DNA of 62,301 bases, the filler included, from Bipalium vagum (Eukaryota), in NCBI GenBank assembly GCA_037834085.1. It is 3 parts of 3 records of this genome, joined end to end, with 100 filler letters (N's around TTAATTAATTAA, not from the genome) between each part and the next. Parts side by side here need not be neighbours in the genome. Positions count along the whole stretch, not along the records: positions 44,899 to 62,301 come from JBBMKC010067274.1; 2 more parts are not named here. One strand, written 5' to 3'. The position numbers and the translations under genes were made by a program. This document shows, one piece after another, positions 52,362 to 62,301 of this stretch. The notes beneath the pieces were generated by a model that did not search any database, was not told the DNA's origin, and was given only the letters and a program-made list of their open reading frames with translations. Numbering within the stretch: the stretch's first letter is position 1; the number at the start of each line of letters is the position of its first letter.

Positions 52362-55300
52362 TTAATGATCGTAACTCTTCTCCTGTGTATGACCAAGTTC
52401 CCATGGACATTAATTTTAATTGTGAAGATATTTCGGATCAGAAACCTTTTGATGAAAATAATGAATTTGATCAAGTAAATTTCAGTCCAGAATCAAATGA
52501 AAACGATTTTGATTGGAATGAAGAATTCAACGATTCAGTTTATGAACAAGTTAAAACGAAATGGACCTTTTGGATAATAATGTTGGAAAATCATTTAGAT
52601 CCCTGCCAAGGAACCGAATTTGAGCTTGCAACCAAAGAAAAGTGCCTTGAAAAAGTCCAAGAATACTTCGCCGGGAATTTTACAGTTTTCTGATTCAGTG
52701 TTTTCTAACGATACTTTGCAGTCAAAAGGTTCAGATTCACAATCATCGTCAGAGTAAGTCATCGACATTATTCACTCAATTTGTTACGATGAATTGGCTA
52801 TGTTTTCTATCGGCTTATATCATTCAATTTTTATTATTATTATTATTTCTAAAAGTTTGTTCAAAAACTTTTGTCTATTAAAAAACGAAAATCAATAAAT
52901 TTTCTTTTTGGTATAAAGATAATTTTAGGCTATATATTAACATCATTCAAAACTTCTCTTATACCTTTCCATATATTTTCCGTATAAGACCGTAAATTTT
53001 TGACACAGTAGCATTTATTTATTAAAATTTAATATTTGTCTACAGATTGACCATTACCTTTGGTACACGTGTGTAAGCGATTACAAAAGTCATGCGTAAC
53101 ATTTGACACATTTCAGCTGATGTTCTGGCGGCTTCCAATTAATTAATTTCAGGTCTTGGATATATTTTTTTATCTGCTATGTACGTATGCATTCTCAAAA
53201 GTAAGAAATCAAGTTATGCTAGAAAAGATGGATTATTGTCGATTTCATTAATTAAGCTTTCGCACATGCAATTCTTTCAGCATAGTCTTCGTCATTTAAC
53301 TTATGAATAATTTGGATCTTGTATGAATAAAGTTAAATCTTTTCTTACTATATTATGTACAACTATAAAGCTGCAATATTTTAAACCAGACATAGTTCAA
53401 ATACAAAAAGATTCTTTCTAAAGTTATGTGTACTATTCGCAAGCACGGAATATTTTCTATATATAAATGTGTCTAAGAGGAAGAGTATTTTTAATAATCT
53501 CTGTAATATTATTATCATAGTCAATTTCATTTTGATCACAGTTTTATTTTCAAAATGCATGTTAACATTATTAAGGTCACCGAAAAAATGACAAGATAAG
53601 GTACAATTGATAATACAGTGATTTTAGTTATGGTTATTGTAAATTTTTACATTATAATCTAATTTAATTATTGAATAAATTAGTTCTAAAATTTTCAATA
53701 AGCTCTTGATTTTTAAAATATAATATCAATTTTTGATATATATATATATATATATTATTTTGAAATATATAAGTGTAAATTATCGATTTAAAATATTTTA
53801 AACAGTTGATAATATTAATTAATAATAATTTTTTTATGAAAATAATAAATATTAAAAATATGATTTTTATTGAAAAACAAACGTGAAAATTTTAAAATAA
53901 AATTATTTATTAATGATGCAGCTTGATTATTAAAATATTATTTTTTAAATTAAAATTAAGTGGTTACATGGCCTTAGAAAATGTGTGAAATATAAATAGT
54001 CTGTCATTGTTTTATCAAAATAAGACTGGTCACAATGATTTGACCTGGGCTATCAAAACAAAAGTACAATGAAAATCGAAAATTATGATTCTGGAATCAA
54101 TTTTCTATGATCGACAAATAAAGGCAATTATTTTCAATATCGATTTCTAGTAAATCTAATATTGGAAGCACGAATTTTTTTTGAGAAAAAACATTGCAAT
54201 TTTTTGTATTCTATTTTAAATTTTTGAATGAAAATGTTTGATTGATCAAGGACCCCAAGAAACCCGCGTCTTTTTTATTTGGAAAATTAATTAAACTCAT
54301 TTTTTAGTCATTGGAAGCGTTTTCTACGAAGTGCCATAAATTTCAGTTCACTTTGGTTTTGAATATGAAAGTAACACTAGTTCATAAAGTATTGAAATAA
54401 GATTGTATAGTGAAATTTTAACTCTTATAATCTATGAATTAAGAAGACTAGATTTTTTGCAAATAAAATCAGCTCTGGCTTAAAAATAATTGTGAAAGTT
54501 TTAGTGGTTCTGTCTCATAAGATTCGTAATTGTATTCTTTTCGGGTTTGAATAGATTAAATGATGATTACCATTAAAAAAGTTGATTCTGTCTGAAAGTA
54601 TAATTGAAATATTGTAAAAGCCCAGGTCTGTTTTTCCAATGTCATTGATTTTCTAAACAAAGTCTAGGATCTCTTTATTTCTCCATTTTTTATTTTCCAT
54701 AAGCTCTTATGTTTGAATAGACAAGCATTATTTTTGTTAGTTACTGCGACGTTATCAACAGTTTCTGATTTCAAAACTCAAGATTTGATGACATTTTTAT
54801 TCGAAGAAAATAATTTTATAGTTTTAATAAGTGTCTCCTTTTTATCCTTTATTTAATCAAATTAATTACTTGAAAATTTTATTAAAATTAATTTATTTAT
54901 TTACTTTGCAAAAAGGATTAAATTTTAATATATTACCTTAAAATTTATTTTATTTAATATTAATTAAAATTTAATCCTTACAATTTTCAAAATCCCACCA
55001 ATTTGGATTTTTTAATGATTTTCCATTATAAATAAAATTAATTAATAATTCAATTTGATAACATCGATTTTCATAACTCAGACAAAATTATGAATTCAAA
55101 CTGATATGTTATTTGAAAACATTTACTGCTGTTACTTTTAATAAAATATTTATTTTTCGCGGAGATTTTTATTTGCATCAATTTAAAATATGTAAAATTA
55201 AATATTAACTTTTACTAAATGCGGCACGTTAAAAAAATTTTTTTTCATTGCCATTTACTAACATTGTTGACAATGTTCTCTTAATTTTAATCTTCTTTGA

Positions 55301-58300
55301 AGATTTTATTTAAAGTTATCCTGTTATGATTTAGGTATTTTCTAAAAGTTTGTCTTATCAATGAAAATATGGAGTAATTTAACCTAATAATTCCAAATTT
55401 ATACCTAAAATATTCGAGAAGTACTATTTTTCAGTGTTCCATAAATATTTACGAAAACCAATGGAAATATTATCTGTAAAATTAAGCTTGAAAGTGCTTT
55501 TTTAATTTTTTTTTAAAGCATGGAAATGATAAGTAACACACGCTTTATTAGACAAAATATTCGCTTTGAATTCTATCATTTAAAGTCGCTGCGGAAGCTT
55601 CTGTATGGGTCTTTAATTCTTAGAGATAATTTTTGCAAAACACGAAGATTTTCTGAAGAAAATTTTATGTAAATGAGTTGATTAAAGTTTTCTTGAATTA
55701 AGTCCGAAAATAACGATGAATATCAATTGGTCCAGTCTTTTTAATAAACTCTGCCAGTCCCGTTAGTGGGAAAATATTACTGAGAATTTAATGTATTTCG
55801 AAAATCTTACAAGGAAATAAGTGTAGCAAATTGAAATAAAGCAACAGTATGCACAAAATTGCAGTATTTACTCTTTGGATTAATTGACTTGAAAAGGAAA
55901 GGGGAACAGTCTTAAAATAAATTGAAAGAGAAATTACCTGAGATAAAAGTGCATCACGACAATGTTAGATCTCAAATTGTTAATTTTGGCCAATGCAAAA
56001 TTATTTGACCATTGTAAGCTTTAGGATATTTGAAGAATTACAAAATGGATTTGATGAGTTCCAGATACATTGGTGAATCTTTCTCATACCAGAATTCATG
56101 TTTATTTCAAAGATCACAAAAGATAATAAAATAACAGTAATAATTACAACGCAATTTTTAAATTTGATTGTTTTTCCTTTTTCTTATAAAATGTAAAATT
56201 TTAGAAGTATCTCTTTGAAGTGATATCAGAGTACAATTTAAGTTGTTCAATGTTTTCTCTTTCTTTTAAATATATCAAATTATTTTCAACAATGTCTTTT
56301 TAGTGTTTTAATACAATGACCTCATAAAATTGATTTTAAAAAGCCACGAGTTGGCTGTGAGAACTTATAAAAATAATTTATTTTATTAAGCAGTCTCTCG
56401 AAAAATCAAGTCAACTCAAATAAAGAGTTTACCAATTCATCGATCGCCTTGAGACCGATGTTGCTTGTTAATAACCATTTCGTAGATAAATACAACGATG
56501 GGTCTCGAGACGATATATATTCCCAGCTGTCATGGTCAGAGAAACGAGACAGGATTGGTGCTTTCCTCGAAAGAAGACTGAGCGAACGACCTTCACCTGA
56601 TGAATTGAAAGAAAAAAATATTTTATACAGTAATCCTATCATTTATATGATTATTTTCTGGTTAAAATTGATTGAATTGAAAAATATAATTGGATAATTT
56701 ATCGAAAAACAAAATTTATGTAAACATCCAATTTTCTACTGCTTAGCTTTGAGACATTCAATTTTGACAATAATATTTTAATATTATAATTAATATATAC
56801 CATTTTCAATTTAAATTAAACCTTTTTCACTTTAAATTCAACTTTTTCATTTTGAATTAAACTTTTTTCATTTTGAATTAAACTTTTTTCATTTTTTATT
56901 AAACTAATAACTAATGAAAGAAACAAACGGATAGATTTATTAATAAACATAATAGGGATAAAATTTTTAATCCATACGCATTGGGTGACCAGAGACTGTA
57001 ATTGATAAATAGATGAATCCTTAAAAACATATTCTTAAACTCAGAAAAGAAAATTATCAGAGATTTTTAATTAATATTTCAAATAATAGGTTGGTAAGAA
57101 AGTAATGTCGTATTTATATAGAAATATTTATTAAAAAATTAAGAACAGGACATTTATTTAATAAAATACTTTCTATGATTATTCATCACTATTAAATCTA
57201 GGTTAGATAAGATACATCACTTTTTGAACTGGAAAGTTGTTAAATAAATTTTCAACAAATTTTGATTTTTCTTTCAAAAATGTTGCAGTGACCGGAATAG
57301 ATGAAAATCTGTCGAACCAATGTTTGGAATATACAATGGATGTGGTAGAACTTCTCGGCCAAGTTTCACCATGTTTATTATTGAGAAATAAAAACTAGCT
57401 TTATTTTGTTGCTGTTGTTTACTATTATTTCATATTTAGAAAAAAAATATTATAAACTGGAGCTGTGTACCCTGCCAAATAGACAGCATTTGTCATTTTA
57501 TACTAATATTGAACTTGAGACCAGACGGTGATATTTGATCAGGTAATCAAAAAGCTAGATAAATCCAGTTACCAGGTGATGGATAAAAGATTCATTTTAG
57601 TGCCTTAGTTGAATAGACATCTAAAATATTCTAACGATTACTATCACTAAAAATATGAAGAAGCAATCTATAAAATTTCTAGATTTATCCTAGCATCATC
57701 AGGTGATTTTCAATGGCTATGTAAAATATTTTGGATTTTTCTTGTTGTCAACGAATTTTTTGTCATTGTATTCTGCTAAACATCTTCATCAACCTGTTCT
57801 GTTCATCCAGAACGAGAATAATAATTCATTATTGAAATCTAGTAAATCATCATGAAACTTTACGAACGTGTACTGTACTCGTTTCATGGATGATATATAA
57901 AATTTTGATAGCTAAAATTTCGTTGTTACCTCTGAGTTAGTTAAAGATTAGTTTCTCATGCTTTGCGAAACACTTAAAAAATTCGAGAAATAAATTTTAA
58001 ATACCAATTTAATTGAAGCATCATTTTTGTAGTTCATATAAATAAAACAAACCTTTTGATGATGTGAAGATTAGAAATTATTCTATTTGCAACGCTTAAA
58101 AAACCTTACTTTCCTGTCAGCCTAATATTATGCCAGCTGCTGTGACTGTAATAAATAATTATTTTGTTACTGATACTGGTAATACAATGTAGTATTATTG
58201 GAAGAAAACTATCGTTTTACTTTTCTTCACTTCAAAGTAATGTTCGTATTTTATTTTTAATTTAATGTGATTTTTGTATCTCATAATCTATCAAAAACTA

Positions 58301-60904
58301 TAACGTCAATATTTAGCTTGACTGCATGCTTGAAACTTTAATATTAAAAATGTATCTAAATCTGGTCTACCAGACACATTTAAAATCTGCGAAGTATGGG
58401 AAATAATTGAACATGACGGGCAGAAATCATTTCGTTAAGTTCTGGTACAAAATATAATTTATTTGTGGTTTTTTCATCATTTGATAAAACGATATTTAAT
58501 TAATACAATTTTCATTTGGAATTCTTTGCTCAAAGGACACTAAATTGAAACATTGCTTAACATTATAAACTTTGTGAAAAAAAGTTGATCTTATTCAATA
58601 GTTTTGGGTGTGAACGATTAGGTTCCAGCGAAAAGATACAACCCAAAAGGTGATGGTATCTGTTTTGGTAAATCATGAAGTAATTGGCTAAATGAAGGAT
58701 TTCGTTTTCTACTCTTAAGAATTGAGTAGATTAAAAAATGCTCGGTAATGATTAACCGAATATGCTTTTTATCTCCTCTCGAAAATACCAGACCACATAA
58801 TTACATAATCAGTTAAGAGTTGAAACCTCCACTGCATTGCTCAGACCTTACGAACAATCTTCGATTACTGTATTCACGAATTATCTTAATGATGTGAATT
58901 TGGTTTCAAATGTTGATTGCAAAAAACTGATAGGTAGTTTTCACAAAAACAATTGGCGAAATTCGACTGTAAGTGAATAAGTAGTTCCCAAATGAAAATG
59001 ATATGCCTTTTACCAAACTGAAATATTCCAAGATGTTGTTCTTTGTTTAGAAATCTCTTGTAAATTCTTCGGTTATTATATAATTCTTAGTTCAAAAATA
59101 TGACAATAGAAATTTTACTTATCCAGAGAAAGTATTAATAAAATATATATTAAAGAAGTATTTCTCTTATAATCAATAAAGCTCCAATTTAGATGAAAAC
59201 TATATTTCCATGAAATTAATTTATAGATCAATTATTGATTAAAATTATTTAATCATTTAACCTTGATATTTGATAGTTTCTTATAGAAAGCAAACTTGTC
59301 TTTATTTTCAATTTGGAATCCCTTAGAAATGTTCTTCACACTTCATTGACTGACCAATTTAAAATATATTCTTTTTAATTTTCCATGAAAGATGATATTC
59401 TTATACAAGATTTCTTTGCACTCTAGAGAGAAATAAAAAGTAATTCAACCACTTGCATCTGTTTATATACGAAACTTTAAAGTGAAAAAGTAAATTAATT
59501 AATTTACTAATTACAATCTTATTTCAAGTGCGTGAAGTCTTTCCATTATTTCAAGTATAATCTGTCACATACTGCCTCTGGCAGATTTCCGTTTTTTCTT
59601 CTGAAATGTCAATGTTACGTAAAGTTTCTTGTTTAAACTTTCTAGACAATGGGCTTTTTATAAATTGGTATTCGTTTTGATGAAAATTACTTTTTACTTT
59701 GCAGGGGAAAGTGAAGAAAGAAGACTTAAGTTGAAAGAAGAACGTCGCAAGTTTCTCATCAGAAAGGTGAGCCGCCTGTGCTGTATTTTAATTTTTTTAT
59801 TCAAACCAATTGTCATTTTCAGCTATCATTTCGACCCACTGTTGAGGAATTAAAACAAAGAAAGATCATTAGATTTAATGATTATGTTGAAGTTACGGAG
59901 GCTGAAAATTATGATCGGAAAGCAGAAAAGCCATGGACAAAATTGACACCAAAGGATAAGGTATTCCTAAGTTTATACTGGTTGATGCTTAATTTGTAAC
60001 TTTTGAAATTGATTATTATTATTATCTATGATAAAATTGTTATTGTGATTTTCATTGGTCATATTTTCTTTATAATTGTTAATCATGACTGAAATACAAA
60101 AGCAATTTACATTTTCATTTATCTTTTTCCAAATAATATTGATATTTCTAAAAATTCAATACAAATAAATTTTTGTCGTGTCTAACTCTCTATAGACTAA
60201 TAATGGTTAATGATTAATTATCTTCGGTAGTGAAGATTATTAATTAAATTTTTCTGATTAATAATAATAATAATAATAACATTTAAAATTTTTATCTGAT
60301 TAATTTTCATTAACATAATTTTAAATTTTGTTTTAATTTTAAAGTAATCGATATGAATCGGCCATTATTTTTTCAAAAACTATATGTAATAAATTGTTGA
60401 AAGGAATTGATAAAATGAATCGAGGTGAAATTCAAAATAAAAATAATGTCACATTATGCCTCTAATAAATAATAAATTAATTAATCTAAAATCATGGAAA
60501 ATAACTTTAAATCAATAAATAAGAGTTTTTTCCCAACTGATTTATATTTTTCACTTTATTTATAGAAATTTTAAGAGAAACTTGATATTATTGATCTAAA
60601 ATTAATTCTAAGAAAAAAACAGTTAATTTCAATTTTTCTTTATTGATTTTAAAGCACAATTCTTACTTTAATTTTACGATATTATATACTGTAATGGATC
60701 AATAATTTTATTATGGTTTTGATTTTTTTAATATTTCCTATTCATTTCTATTAGAAAAAAGTATTATGCCACGCAATGATTTCTTTTTCATTTTTGCTAT
60801 CATTCATTGTGTATTTATTGATTTTAGGCATCAATTCGAAAGGAGCTCAACGATTTTAAATCTCTTGAGATGGACGTTCATGTGGAGAGCAAACAGTTTA
60901 CCAG
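52362..60904 (+). CDS. phactr: Phosphatase and actin regulator (Phactr, RPEL repeats), partial
   Basis: Phase-compatible GT..AG exons 52362-52549, 52599-52753 ([19 protein letters not shown]), 56394-56629 ([24 protein letters not shown]), 59705-59766, 59823-59960 ([46 protein letters not shown]) and 60828-60904 ([26 protein letters not shown]). The start exon and the terminal FHRP micro-exon were not located. Confidence 0.92.
56835..56900. repeat. ~21-bp tandem repeat x3 (aactttttcattttgaatta)
   Basis: Seen directly in the Phactr intron. Confidence 0.75.
57088..58126 (-). mobile_element. Decayed mariner in a Phactr intron
   Basis: Imperfect TIRs taggttggtaagaaagtaa / ttactttcctgtcagccta. 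Contains [23 protein letters not shown] and LITGNWI motifs. Confidence 0.75.
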
Positions 60905-61469
60905 GTACCAATTATTATCTTTATATTTTCCATTGTCTCTATGGTCTGGTATATTTTGAAACCTATTATTATTATTTATCATCTGTGAGAAATTTATTTA
61001 TTTCTGACAAAACAGGACTATCGAAAATCATTTATTATTATATTGATTAACTTTTATTAATATACATAAGTATAGTAATCGATAGACATAAACAATATTT
61101 TCGATTATTGTTATAAATATATAATTTCAAATCAATAATTATTGATCATTTTAGATAATCATTAAGCACACTAAAATTTCTCAGACATCATATTTCAATT
61201 ACCAATCTTTATAAATATTTTTATAATTTAAAGATTTAGGATAAGATAATTTTAACTGATAGAATAATTTATATTAATAATAATAATGGTAATAAATTAT
61301 TTTAAAAATATTTTACTGTCAGTTTTAATGTATAAAGTATTATATATAATATATTCACAAAACTTTTAAATGGCCTAAAATTTTGAATTCTTTTAGAAAT
61401 TAAAATATTATTTACTTGTATTATTCAATCTTGTCTTTTATTGAAGATAAATAATTCACAAAAGTATTT

Positions 61470-62020
61470 TAAAATTAATCATAAATAATAATCTCTTTTC
61501 TTGAAGCTTGGTTAATATTATAGGAAACTTTTCTTTGAAATGTTAAAAGAAAATTTATTAAAAAACTAAAAAATCTTTCTGATCTTTTTCATTTATCTCT
61601 AAATGTTATCAATAACGAAATTGATATCTCTTTTCTAAAAATAAACGAACTTCTTTAATTGGACAATAAATTCTTATTACAAATTTTTCCTTGGTTCTCT
61701 TTGTATTTTCCACCCTGTACTTAAATCTTTTGTCTCCGAATATTTTTCAAAACTTTTTCAAGCAGATTTAATCATTTAAAGAATTGTTCTTAACTGAAAG
61801 ATGGCTTTTGTTTGCTTCGCGGCCTTTTATTTAAATGTTAGTGCATATAAAATTCCTTTTTATTTATTTATGTACATACACAAGAGTATTCGTTTATACT
61901 TTTTTGCAATACAGGATCAATTAGAAAATTCTCCAATTATCTTTGATCATGAAGAATAATTTGCTTTCTCGAATTATTTATTCTATGCATTTTCTAAAAG
62001 TAATATTGCGATCTCCATAA
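61470..62020 (-). mobile_element. Possible Penelope-like ORF N-terminal remnant
   Basis: Stop-riddled Lys-rich translation beginning ISSYGDRNITFRKC, reminiscent of PLE N-termini. Weak. Confidence 0.3.
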
Positions 62021-62301
62021 CTACTGATAAATATAATATCATTTCCTTTATTATTTTGATTGTTATTATTATGTTATATTATATTATATATATTATTTAT
62101 AAAACTCATGATCACTTGACAATTATAAAATGTGCAGATGACTTTTAATATGAAATAATATTATTTATCATTATTTATTAATAATAATAATAATAATAAT
62201 AATATATTCTTATAAAATTAAATGTGTGTTAATATCAATCGGCTTGTAGTCAGAAATAGAAGACATTTTTGAATATATTTTATTAAGTGATATAACAAAT
62301 A

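Noticed and set aside
52550-52693. C-terminal part of ORF 52322-52693
   Set aside because: It reads through a 49-nt intron; the true frame shifts to IPAKEP..KSALKK.
60766-61050. 94-aa ORF
   Set aside because: Wrong frame; the Phactr exon 60828-60904 uses another frame.
1-62301. CRISPR arrays, prokaryotic operons or defence systems, rRNA/tRNA/SL RNA genes
   Set aside because: The sequence is intron-containing eukaryotic DNA. I saw no regularly spaced repeat-spacer array and no recognisable structural RNA gene by eye.

Overview
AT-rich eukaryotic genomic window with (ATA)n microsatellites and several introns of only about 50 nt. The gene and transposon repertoire suggests a planarian/flatworm (inference only). 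Host genes I can reconstruct exon by exon: a His-rich C2H2/C2HC zinc-finger gene (- strand, 3 exons, ~509 aa), a complete FoxJ1-type forkhead gene (- strand, 4 exons, ~514 aa), two small secreted PAN/apple-domain genes (+), and a Phactr (RPEL) gene (+) whose start and last micro-exon are unresolved. The rest is a dense transposon graveyard: mariner, Tc1/Tc3, pogo MITEs, Merlin, Gypsy, RLE-type non-LTR and Penelope. The most striking unannotated structure is a 3.8-kb Polinton/Maverick (adintovirus-like) relic at 31956-35732. It is bounded by ~180-bp terminal inverted repeats that each fold back on themselves and is flanked by GACGTC hexamers; it carries decayed Zn-finger, parvovirus-type phospholipase A2 and integrase sequences. 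A ~310-bp Penelope GIY-YIG palindrome is also present. Two 100-bp N gaps with TTAATTAATTAA linkers are assembly artefacts. All calls come from manual reading and translation; no database searches were run.
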